The position numbers and the translations under genes are program-made. DNA of 64,000 bases from Nemertoderma westbladi (Eukaryota > Animalia > Xenacoelomorpha), in the NCBI GenBank assembly GCA_032718475.1, contig JAUCBJ010004934.1, forward strand, positions 62,001 through 126,000, in the 5' to 3' direction. A model generated the notes under the pieces. It made no database searches and was not told the DNA's origin. It saw only the letters and a list, made by a program, of their open reading frames with translations. Shown piece after piece: positions 25,801 through 39,600 of the stretch; position 1 is the stretch's first letter, and the number at the start of each line of letters is the position of its first letter.

Positions 25801-27544
25801 TCATTATATTTGCTACTAAAAATAAAGTAACTATATCAACATAGTTTGGGTACAGTCTAGAACTTTCATTATATTTGCTACTAAAAATAAAGTAACTATA
25901 TCAACATAGTTTGGGTACAGTCTAGAACTTTCATTATATTTGCTACTAAAAATAAAGTAACTATATCAACACAGTTTGGGTACAGTCTAGAACTTTCATT
26001 ATATTTGCTACTAAAAATAAAGTAACTATATCAACACAGTTTGGGTACAGTCTAGAACTTTCATTATATTTGCTACTAAAAATAAAGTAACTATATCAAC
26101 ACAGTTTGGGTACAGTCTAGAACTTTCATTATATTTGCTACTAAAAATAAAGTAACTATATCAACATAGTTTGGGTACAGTCTAGAACTTTCATTATATT
26201 TGCTACTAAAAATTACTGAGAGCGAGAATAACATTATATTTGCTACTAAAAATAAAGTAACTATATCAACACAGTTTGGGTACAGTCTAGAACTTTCATT
26301 ATATTTGCTACTAAAAATAAAGTAACTATATCAACACAGTTTGGGTACAGTCTAGAACTTTCATTATATTTGCTACTAAAAATAAAGTAACTATATCAAC
26401 ATAGTTTGGGTACAGTCTAGAACTTTCATTATATTTGCTACTAAAAATAAAGTAACTATATCAACATAGTTTGGGTACAGTCTAGAACTTTCATTATATT
26501 TGCTACTAAAAATAAAGTAACTATATCAACATAGTTTGGGTACAGTCTAGAACTTTCATTATATTTGCTACTAAAAATTACTGAGAGCGAGAATAACATT
26601 ATATTTGCTACTAAAAATAAAGTAACTATATCAACATAGTTTGGGTACAGTCTAGAACTTTCATTATATTTGCTACTAAAAATTACTGAGAGCGAGAATA
26701 ACATTATATTTGCTACTAAAAATAAAGTAACTATATCAACACAGTTTGGGTACAGTCTAGAACTTTCATTATATTTGCTACTAAAAATTACTGAGAGCGA
26801 GAATAACATTATATTTGCTACTAAAAATAAAGTAACTATATCAACACAGTTTGGGTACAGTCTAGAACTTTCATTATATTTGCTACTAAAAATTACTGAG
26901 AGCGAGAATAACATTATATTTGCTACTAAAAATAAAGTAACTATATCAACACAGTTTGGGTACAGTCTAGAACTTTCATTATATTTGCTACTAAAAATAA
27001 AGTAACTATATCAACACAGTTTGGGTACAGTCTAGAACTTTCATTATATTTGCTACTAAAAATAAAGTAACTATATCAACATAGTTTGGGTACAGTCTAG
27101 AACTTTCATTATATTTGCTACTAAAAATTACCGAGAGCGAGAATAACATTATATTTGCTACTAAAAATAAAGTAACTATATCAACATAGTTTGGGTACAG
27201 TCTAGAACTTTCATTATATTTGCTACTAAAAATAAAGTAACTATATCAACACAGTTTGGGTACAGTCTAGAACTTTCATTATATTTGCTACTAAAAATAA
27301 AGTAACTATATCAACACAGTTTGGGTACAGTCTAGAACTTTCATTATATTTGCTACTAAAAATAAAGTAACTATATCAACACAGTTTGGGTACAGTCTAG
27401 AACTTTCATTATATTTGCTACTAAAAATTACCGAGAGCGAGAATAACATTATATTTGCTACTAAAAATAAAGTAACTATATCAACATAGTTTGGGTACAG
27501 TCTAGAACTTTCATTATATTTGCTACTAAAAATAAAGTAACTAT

Positions 27545-28974
27545 ATCAACACAGTTTGGGTACAGTCTAGAACTTTCATTATATTTGCTACTAAAAATAA
27601 AGTAACTATATCAACACAGTTTGGGTACAGTCTAGAACTTTCATTATATTTGCTACTAAAAATAAAGTAACTATATCAACACAGTTTGGGTACAGTCTAG
27701 AACTTTCATTATATTTGCTACTAAAAATAAAGTAACTATATCAACACAGTTTGGGTACAGTCTAGAACTTTCATTATATTTGCTACTAAAAATAAAGTAA
27801 CTATATCAACACAGTTTGGGTACAGTCTAGAACTTTCATTATATTTGCTACTAAAAATAAAGTAACTATATCAACACAGTTTGGGTACAGTCTAGAACTT
27901 TCATTATATTTGCTACTAAAAATAAAGTAACTATATCAACACAGTTTGGGTACAGTCTAGAACTTTCATTATATTTGCTACTAAAAATAAAGTAACTATA
28001 TCAACACAGTTTGGGTACAGTCTAGAACTTTCATTATATTTGCTACTAAAAATAAAGTAACTATATCAACACAGTTTGGGTACAGTCTAGAACTTTCATT
28101 ATATTTGCTACTAAAAATAAAGTAACTATATCAACACAGTTTGGGTACAGTCTAGAACTTTCATTATATTTGCTACTAAAAATAAAGTAACTATATCAAC
28201 ACAGTTTGGGTACAGTCTAGAACTTTCATTATATTTGCTACTAAAAATAAAGTAACTATATCAACACAGTTTGGGTACAGTCTAGAACTTTCATTATATT
28301 TGCTACTAAAAATAAAGTAACTATATCAACACAGTTTGGGTACAGTCTAGAACTTTCATTATATTTGCTACTAAAAATAAAGTAACTATATCAACACAGT
28401 TTGGGTACAGTCTAGAACTTTCATTATATTTGCTACTAAAAATAAAGTAACTATATCAACACAGTTTGGGTACAGTCTAGAACTTTCATTATATTTGCTA
28501 CTAAAAATAAAGTAACTATATCAACACAGTTTGGGTACAGTCTAGAACTTTCATTATATTTGCTACTAAAAATAAAGTAACTATATCAACACAGTTTGGG
28601 TACAGTCTAGAACTTTCATTATATTTGCTACTAAAAATAAAGTAACTATATCAACACAGTTTGGGTACAGTCTAGAACTTTCATTATATTTGCTACTAAA
28701 AATAAAGTAACTATATCAACACAGTTTGGGTACAGTCTAGAACTTTCATTATATTTGCTACTAAAAATAAAGTAACTATATCAACACAGTTTGGGTACAG
28801 TCTAGAACTTTCATTATATTTGCTACTAAAAATAAAGTAACTATATCAACACAGTTTGGGTACAGTCTAGAACTTTCATTATATTTGCTACTAAAAATAA
28901 AGTAACTATATCAACACAGTTTGGGTACAGTCTAGAACTTTCATTATATTTGCTACTAAAAATAAAGTAACTAT
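27545..28974. repeat. Run of 22 apparently identical A units
   Basis: All carry ACAG and GGG alleles, with no B unit and no variant seen. Confidence 0.88.
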
Positions 28975-31900
28975 ATCAACATAGTTTGGTTACAGTCTAG
29001 AACTTTCATTATATTTGCTACTAAAAATAAAGTAACTATATCAACATAGTTTGGGTACAGTCTAGAACTTTCATTATATTTGCTACTAAAAATTACTGAG
29101 AGCGAGAATAACATTATATTTGCTACTAAAAATAAAGTAACTATATCAACATAGTTTGGTTACAGTCTAGAACTTTCATTATATTTGCTACTAAAAATAA
29201 AGTAACTATATCAACATAGTTTGGTTACAGTCTAGAACTTTCATTATATTTGCTACTAAAAATAAAGTAACTATATCAACATAGTTTGGTTACAGTCTAG
29301 AACTTTCATTATATTTGCTACTAAAAATAAAGTAACTATATCAACATAGTTTGGTTACAGTCTAGAACTTTCATTATATTTGCTACTAAAAATAAAGTAA
29401 CTATATCAACATAGTTTGGGTACAGTCTAGAACTTTCATTATATTTGCTACTAAAAATAAAGTAACTATATCAACATAGTTTGGGTACAGTCTAGAACTT
29501 TCATTATATTTGCTACTAAAAATTACTGAGAGCGAGAATAACATTATATTTGCTACTAAAAATAAAGTAACTATATCAACACAGTTTGGGTACAGTCTAG
29601 AACTTTCATTATATTTGCTACTAAAAATAAAGTAACTATATCAACATAGTTTGGTTACAGTCTAGAACTTTCATTATATTTGCTACTAAAAATAAAGTAA
29701 CTATATCAACACAGTTTGGGTACAGTCTAGAACTTTCATTATATTTGCTACTAAAAATTACTGAGAGCGAGAATAACATTATATTTGCTACTAAAAATAA
29801 AGTAACTATATCAACACAGTTTGGGTACAGTCTAGAACTTTCATTATATTTGCTACTAAAAATAAAGTAACTATATCAACACAGTTTGGGTACAGTCTAG
29901 AACTTTCATTATATTTGCTACTAAAAATAAAGTAACTATATCAACACAGTTTGGGTACAGTCTAGAACTTTCATTATATTTGCTACTAAAAATAAAGTAA
30001 CTATCAAAACATAGTTTGGGTACAGTCTAGAACTTTCATTATATTTGCTACTAAAAATAAAGTAACTATATCAACACAGTTTGGGTACAGTCTAGAACTT
30101 TCATTATATTTGCTACTAAAAATAAAGTAACTATATCAACATAGTTTGGGTACAGTCTAGAACTTTCATTATATTTGCTACTAAAAATTACTGAGAGCGA
30201 GAATAACATTATATTTGCTACTAAAAATAAAGTAACTATATCAACACAGTTTGGGTACAGTCTAGAACTTTCATTATATTTGCTACTAAAAATTACTGAG
30301 AGCGAGAATAACATTATATTTGCTACTAAAAATAAAGTAACTATATCAACACAGTTTGGGTACAGTCTAGAACTTTCATTATATTTGCTACTAAAAATTA
30401 CTGAGAGCGAGAATAACATTATATTTGCTACTAAAAATAAAGTAACTATATCAACACAGTTTGGTTACAGTCTAGAACTTTCATTATATTTGCTATTAAA
30501 AATAAAGTAACTATATCAACACAGTTTGGGTACAGTCTAGAACTTTCATTATATTTGCTACTAAAAATAAAGTAACTATATCAACACAGTTTGGTTACAG
30601 TCTAGAACTTTCATTATATTTGCTACTAAAAATAAAGTAACTATATCAACATAGTTTGGGTACAGTCTAGAACTTTCATTATATTTGCTACTAAAAATAA
30701 AGTAACTATATCAACATAGTTTGGGTACAGTCTAGAACTTTCATTATATTTGCTACTAAAAATAAAGTAACTATATCAACATAGTTTGGGTACAGTCTAG
30801 AACTTTCATTATATTTGCTACTAAAAATAAAGTAACTATATCAACATAGTTTGGGTACAGTCTAGAACTTTCATTATATTTGCTACTAAAAATAAAGTAA
30901 CTATATCAACACAGTTTGGGTACAGTCTAGAACTTTCATTATATTTGCTACTAAAAATAAAGTAACTATATCAACACAGTTTGGGTACAGTCTAGAACTT
31001 TCATTATATTTGCTACTAAAAATAAAGTAACTATATCAACATAGTTTGGGTACAGTCTAGAACTTTCATTATATTTGCTACTAAAAATAAAGTAACTATA
31101 TCAACACAGTTTGGGTACAGTCTAGAACTTTCATTATATTTGCTACTAAAAATAAAGTAACTATATCAACACAGTTTGGGTACAGTCTAGAACTTTCATT
31201 ATATTTGCTACTAAAAATAAAGTAACTATCAAAACATAGTTTGGGTACAGTCTAGAACTTTCATTATATTTGCTACTAAAAATAAAGTAACTATATCAAC
31301 ATAGTTTGGGTACAGTCTAGAACTTTCATTATATTTGCTACTAAAAATAAAGTAACTATATCAACATAGTTTGGGTACAGTCTAGAACTTTCATTATATT
31401 TGCTACTAAAAATAAAGTAACTATATCAACATAGTTTGGGTACAGTCTAGAACTTTCATTATATTTGCTACTAAAAATAAAGTAACTATATCAACACAGT
31501 TTGGGTACAGTCTAGAACTTTCATTATATTTGCTACTAAAAATAAAGTAACTATCAAAACATAGTTTGGGTACAGTCTAGAACTTTCATTATATTTGCTA
31601 CTAAAAATAAAGTAACTATATCAACATAGTTTGGGTACAGTCTAGAACTTTCATTATATTTGCTACTAAAAATAAAGTAACTATATCAACATAGTTTGGG
31701 TACAGTCTAGAACTTTCATTATATTTGCTACTAAAAATAAAGTAACTATATCAACACAGTTTGGGTACAGTCTAGAACTTTCATTATATTTGCTACTAAA
31801 AATAAAGTAACTATCAAAACATAGTTTGGGTACAGTCTAGAACTTTCATTATATTTGCTACTAAAAATAAAGTAACTATATCAACATAGTTTGGGTACAG

Positions 31901-32869
31901 TCTAGAACTTTCATTATATTTGCTACTAAAAATAAAGTAACTATATCAACATAGTTTGGGTACAGTCTAGAACTTTCATTATATTTGCTACTAAAAATAA
32001 AGTAACTATATCAACATAGTTTGGGTACAGTCTAGAACTTTCATTATATTTGCTACTAAAAATAAAGTAACTATATCAACACAGTTTGGGTACAGTCTAG
32101 AACTTTCATTATATTTGCTACTAAAAATAAAGTAACTATCAAAACATAGTTTGGGTACAGTCTAGAACTTTCATTATATTTGCTACTAAAAATAAAGTAA
32201 CTATATCAACATAGTTTGGGTACAGTCTAGAACTTTCATTATATTTGCTACTAAAAATAAAGTAACTATATCAACACAGTTTGGGTACAGTCTAGAACTT
32301 TCATTATATTTGCTACTAAAAATAAAGTAACTATATCAACATAGTTTGGGTACAGTCTAGAACTTTCATTATATTTGCTACTAAAAATAAAGTAACTATA
32401 TCAACATAGTTTGGGTACAGTCTAGAACTTTCATTATATTTGCTACTAAAAATAAAGTAACTATATCAACATAGTTTGGGTACAGTCTAGAACTTTCATT
32501 ATATTTGCTACTAAAAATAAAGTAACTATATCAACACAGTTTGGGTACAGTCTAGAACTTTCATTATATTTGCTACTAAAAATAAAGTAACTATCAAAAC
32601 ATAGTTTGGGTACAGTCTAGAACTTTCATTATATTTGCTACTAAAAATAAAGTAACTATATCAACATAGTTTGGGTACAGTCTAGAACTTTCATTATATT
32701 AGCTACTAAAAATTACTGAGAGCGAGAATAACATTATATTTGCTATTAAAAATAAAGTAACTATATCAACATAGTTTGGGTACAGTCTAGAACTTTCATT
32801 ATATTAGCTACTAAAAATTACTGAGAGCGAGAATAACATTATATTTGCTATTAAAAATAAAGTAACTAT

Positions 32870-33620
32870 ATCAACACAGTTTGGGTACAGTCTAGAACTT
32901 TCATTATATTTGCTACTAAAAATAAAGTAACTATATCAACATAGTTTGGGTACAGTCTAGAACTTTCATTATATTTGCTACTAAAAATAAAGTAACTATA
33001 TCAACACAGTTTGGGTACAGTCTAGAACTTTCATTATATTTGCTACTAAAAATAAAGTAACTATATCAACATAGTTTGGGTACAGTCTAGAACTTTCATT
33101 ATATTTGCTACTAAAAATAAAGTAACTATATCAACACAGTTTGGGTACAGTCTAGAACTTTCATTATATTTGCTACTAAAAATAAAGTAACTATATCAAC
33201 ATAGTTTGGGTACAGTCTAGAACTTTCATTATATTTGCTACTAAAAATAAAGTAACTATATCAACACAGTTTGGGTACAGTCTAGAACTTTCATTATATT
33301 TGCTACTAAAAATAAAGTAACTATATCAACATAGTTTGGGTACAGTCTAGAACTTTCATTATATTTGCTACTAAAAATAAAGTAACTATATCAACACAGT
33401 TTGGGTACAGTCTAGAACTTTCATTATATTTGCTACTAAAAATAAAGTAACTATATCAACATAGTTTGGGTACAGTCTAGAACTTTCATTATATTTGCTA
33501 CTAAAAATAAAGTAACTATATCAACACAGTTTGGGTACAGTCTAGAACTTTCATTATATTTGCTACTAAAAATAAAGTAACTATATCAACATAGTTTGGG
33601 TACAGTCTAGAACTTTCATT
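32870..33620. repeat. 130-bp dimer higher-order repeat (C-unit, T-unit) x6
   Basis: Strict alternation of ACAG and ATAG from 32876 to 33591. Confidence 0.85.
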
Positions 33621-36600
33621 ATATTTGCTACTAAAAATTACTGAGAGCGAGAATAACATTATATTTGCTACTAAAAATAAAGTAACTATATCAACACAGT
33701 TTGGGTACAGTCTAGAACTTTCATTATATTTGCTACTAAAAATTACTGAGAGCGAGAATAACATTATATTTGCTACTAAAAATAAAGTAACTATATCAAC
33801 ACAGTTTGGGTACAGTCTAGAACTTTCATTATATTTGCTACTAAAAATTACTGAGAGCGAGAATAACATTATATTTGCTACTAAAAATAAAGTAACTATA
33901 TCAACACAGTTTGGGTACAGTCTAGAACTTTCATTATATTTGCTACTAAAAATAAAGTAACTATATCAACACAGTTTGGGTACAGTCTAGAACTTTCATT
34001 ATATTTGCTACTAAAAATAAAGTAACTATATCAACATAGTTTGGGTACAGTCTAGAACTTTCATTATATTTGCTACTAAAAATAAAGTAACTATATCAAC
34101 ATAGTTTGGGTACAGTCTAGAACTTTCATTATATTTGCTACTAAAAATAAAGTAACTATCAAAACATAGTTTGGGTACAGTCTAGAACTTTCATTATATT
34201 TGCTACTAAAAATAAAGTAACTATATCAACATAGTTTGGGTACAGTCTAGAACTTTCATTATATTTGCTACTAAAAATAAAGTAACTATATCAACATAGT
34301 TTGGGTACAGTCTAGAACTTTCATTATATTTGCTACTAAAAATAAAGTAACTATATCAACATAGTTTGGATACAGTCTAGAACTTTCATTATATTTGCTA
34401 CTAAAAATAAAGTAACTATATCAACATAGTTTGGGTACAGTCTAGAACTTTCATTATATTTGCTACTAAAAATAAAGTAACTATATCAACATAGTTTGGG
34501 TACAGTCTAGAACTTTCATTATATTTGCTACTAAAAATAAAGTAACTATATCAACATAGTTTGGATACAGTCTAGAACTTTCATTATATTTGCTACTAAA
34601 AATAAAGTAACTATCAAAACATAGTTTGGGTACAGTCTAGAACTTTCATTATATTTGCTACTAAAAATAAAGTAACTATCAAAACATAGTTTGGGTACAG
34701 TCTAGAACTTTCATTATATTTGCTATTAAAAATAAAGTAACTATATCAACACAGTTTGGGTACAGTCTAGAACTTTCATTATATTTGCTACTAAAAATAA
34801 AGTAACTATATCAACATAGTTTGGGTACAGTCTAGAACTTTCATTATATTTGCTACTAAAAATTACTGAGAGCGAGAATAACATTATATTTGCTACTAAA
34901 AATAAAGTAACTATATCAACACAGTTTGGGTACAGTCTAGAACTTTCATTATATTTGCTACTAAAAATTACTGAGAGCGAGAATAACATTATATTTGCTA
35001 CTAAAAATAAAGTAACTATATCAACACAGTTTGGGTACAGTCTAGAACTTTCATTATATTTGCTACTAAAAATTACTGAGAGCGAGAATAACATTATATT
35101 TGCTACTAAAAATAAAGTAACTATATCAACACAGTTTGGGTACAGTCTAGAACTTTCATTATATTTGCTACTAAAAATAAAGTAACTATATCAACACAGT
35201 TTGGGTACAGTCTAGAACTTTCATTATATTTGCTACTAAAAATAAAGTAACTATATCAACATAGTTTGGGTACAGTCTAGAACTTTCATTATATTTGCTA
35301 CTAAAAATAAAGTAACTATATCAACATAGTTTGGGTACAGTCTAGAACTTTCATTATATTTGCTACTAAAAATTACTGAGAGCGAGAATAACATTATATT
35401 TGCTACTAAAAATAAAGTAACTATATCAACACAGTTTGGGTACAGTCTAGAACTTTCATTATATTTGCTACTAAAAATAAAGTAACTATATCAACATAGT
35501 TTGGGTACAGTCTAGAACTTTCATTATATTTGCTACTAAAAATTACTGAGAGCGAGAATAACATTATATTTGCTACTAAAAATAAAGTAACTATATCAAC
35601 ATAGTTTGGGTACAGTCTAGAACTTTCATTATATTTGCTACTAAAAATTACTGAGAGCGAGAATAACATTATATTTGCTACTAAAAATAAAGTAACTATA
35701 TCAACATAGTTTGGGTACAGTCTAGAACTTTCATTATATTTGCTACTAAAAATAAAGTAACTATATCAACATAGTTTGGGTACAGTCTAGAACTTTCATT
35801 ATATTTGCTACTAAAAATAAAGTAACTATATCAACATAGTTTGGGTACAGTCTAGAACTTTCATTATATTTGCTACTAAAAATAAAGTAACTATATCAAC
35901 ATAGTTTGGGTACAGTCTAGAACTTTCATTATATTTGCTACTAAAAATAAAGTAACTATATCAACATAGTTTGGGTACAGTCTAGAACTTTCATTATATT
36001 TGCTACTAAAAATTACTGAGAGCGAGAATAACATTATATTTGCTACTAAAAATAAAGTAACTATATCAACATAGTTTGGGTACAGTCTAGAACTTTCATT
36101 ATATTTGCTACTAAAAATAAAGTAACTATATCAACATAGTTTGGGTACAGTCTAGAACTTTCATTATATTTGCTACTAAAAATTACTGAGAGCGAGAATA
36201 ACATTATATTTGCTACTAAAAATAAAGTAACTATATCAACATAGTTTGGGTACAGTCTAGAACTTTCATTATATTTGCTACTAAAAATAAAGTAACTATA
36301 TCAACATAGTTTGGGTACAGTCTAGAACTTTCATTATATTTGCTACTAAAAATTACTGAGAGCGAGAATAACATTATATTTGCTACTAAAAATAAAGTAA
36401 CTATATCAACATAGTTTGGGTACAGTCTAGAACTTTCATTATATTTGCTACTAAAAATAAAGTAACTATATCAACATAGTTTGGGTACAGTCTAGAACTT
36501 TCATTATATTTGCTACTAAAAATTACTGAGAGCGAGAATAACATTATATTTGCTACTAAAAATAAAGTAACTATATCAACACAGTTTGGGTACAGTCTAG

Positions 36601-39600
36601 AACTTTCATTATATTTGCTACTAAAAATAAAGTAACTATATCAACATAGTTTGGGTACAGTCTAGAACTTTCATTATATTTGCTACTAAAAATTACTGAG
36701 AGCGAGAATAACATTATATTTGCTACTAAAAATAAAGTAACTATATCAACACAGTTTGGGTACAGTCTAGAACTTTCATTATATTTGCTACTAAAAATAA
36801 AGTAACTATATCAACACAGTTTGGGTACAGTCTAGAACTTTCATTATATTTGCTACTAAAAATAAAGTAACTATATCAACATAGTTTGGGTACAGTCTAG
36901 AACTTTCATTATATTTGCTACTAAAAATTACTGAGAGCGAGAATAACATTATATTTGCTACTAAAAATAAAGTAACTATATCAACACAGTTTGGGTACAG
37001 TCTAGAACTTTCATTATATTTGCTACTAAAAATAAAGTAACTATATCAACATAGTTTGGGTACAGTCTAGAACTTTCATTATATTTGCTACTAAAAATTA
37101 CTGAGAGCGAGAATAACATTATATTTGCTACTAAAAATAAAGTAACTATATCAACACAGTTTGGGTACAGTCTAGAACTTTCATTATATTTGCTACTAAA
37201 AATAAAGTAACTATATCAACACAGTTTGGGTACAGTCTAGAACTTTCATTATATTTGCTACTAAAAATAAAGTAACTATATCAACATAGTTTGGGTACAG
37301 TCTAGAACTTTCATTATATTTGCTACTAAAAATTACTGAGAGCGAGAATAACATTATATTTGCTACTAAAAATAAAGTAACTATATCAACACAGTTTGGG
37401 TACAGTCTAGAACTTTCATTATATTTGCTACTAAAAATAAAGTAACTATATCAACATAGTTTGGGTACAGTCTAGAACTTTCATTGCGAGAGCGAGAATA
37501 ACATTATATTTGCTACTAAAAATAAAGTAACTATATCAACACAGTTTGGGTACAGTCTAGAACTTTCATTATATTTGCTACTAAAAATAAAGTAACTATA
37601 TCAACATAGTTTGGGTACAGTCTAGAACTTTCATTGCGAGAGCGAGAATAACATTATATTTGCTACTAAAAATAAAGTAACTATATCAACATAGTTTGGG
37701 TACAGTCTAGAACTTTCATTATATTTGCTACTAAAAATAAAGTAACTATATCAACACAGTTTGGGTGCAGTCTAGAACTTTCATTATATTTGCTACTAAA
37801 AATAAAGTAACTATATCAACACAGTTTGGGTGCAGTCTAGAACTTTCATTATATTTGCTACTAAAAATAAAGTAACTATATCAACACAGTTTGGGTACAG
37901 TCTAGAACTTTCATTATATTTGCTACTAAAAATAAAGTAACTATATCAACATAGTTTGGGTACAGTCTAGAACTTTCATTATATTTGCTACTAAAAATAA
38001 AGTAACTATATCAACATAGTTTGGGTACAGTCTAGAACTTTCATTATATTTGCTACTAAAAATAAAGTAACTATATCAACACAGTTTGGGTGCAGTCTAG
38101 AACTTTCATTATATTTGCTACTAAAAATAAAGTAACTATATCAACACAGTTTGGGTACAGTCTAGAACTTTCATTATATTTGCTACTAAAAATAAAGTAA
38201 CTATATCAACATAGTTTGGGTACAGTCTAGAACTTTCATTATATTTGCTACTAAAAATAAAGTAACTATATCAACACAGTTTGGGTGCAGTCTAGAACTT
38301 TCATTATATTTGCTACTAAAAATAAAGTAACTATATCAACACAGTTTGGGTACAGTCTAGAACTTTCATTATATTTGCTACTAAAAATAAAGTAACTATA
38401 TCAACACAGTTTGGGTACAGTCTAGAACTTTCATTATATTTGCTACTAAAAATTACTGAGAGCGAGAATAACATTATATTTGCTACTAAAAATAAAGTAA
38501 CTATATCAACACAGTTTGGGTACAGTCTAGAACTTTCATTATATTTGCTACTAAAAATAAAGTAACTATATCAACATAGTTTGGGTACAGTCTAGAACTT
38601 TCATTATATTTGCTACTAAAAATTACTGAGAGCGAGAATAACATTATATTTGCTACTAAAAATAAAGTAACTATATCAACATAGTTTGGGTACAGTCTAG
38701 AACTTTCATTATATTTGCTACTAAAAATAAAGTAACTATATCAACATAGTTTGGGTACAGTCTAGAACTTTCATTATATTTGCTACTAAAAATTACTGAG
38801 AGCGAGAATAACATTATATTTGCTACTAAAAATAAAGTAACTATATCAACACAGTTTGGGTAGAGTCTAGAACTTTCATTATATTTGCTACTAAAAATTA
38901 CTGAGAGCGAGAATAACATTATATTTGCTACTAAAAATAAAGTAACTATATCAACATAGTTTGGGTACAGTCTAGAACTTTCATTATATTTGCTACTAAA
39001 AATTACTGAGAGCGAGAATAACATTATATTTGCTACTAAAAATAAAGTAACTATATCAACATAGTTTGGGTACAGTCTAGAACTTTCATTATATTTGCTA
39101 CTAAAAATAAAGTAACTATATCAACATAGTTTGGGTACAGTCTAGAACTTTCATTATATTTGCTACTAAAAATAAAGTAACTATATCAACATAGTTTGGG
39201 TACAGTCTAGAACTTTCATTATATTTGCTACTAAAAATAAAGTAACTATATCAACATAGTTTGGGTACAGTCTAGAACTTTCATTATATTTGCTACTAAA
39301 AATAAAGTAACTATATCAACATAGTTTGGGTACAGTCTAGAACTTTCATTATATTTGCTACTAAAAATTACTGAGAGCGAGAATAACATTATATTTGCTA
39401 CTAAAAATAAAGTAACTATATCAACATAGTTTGGGTACAGTCTAGAACTTTCATTATATTTGCTACTAAAAATAAAGTAACTATATCAACATAGTTTGGG
39501 TACAGTCTAGAACTTTCATTATATTTGCTACTAAAAATTACTGAGAGCGAGAATAACATTATATTTGCTACTAAAAATAAAGTAACTATATCAACATAGT

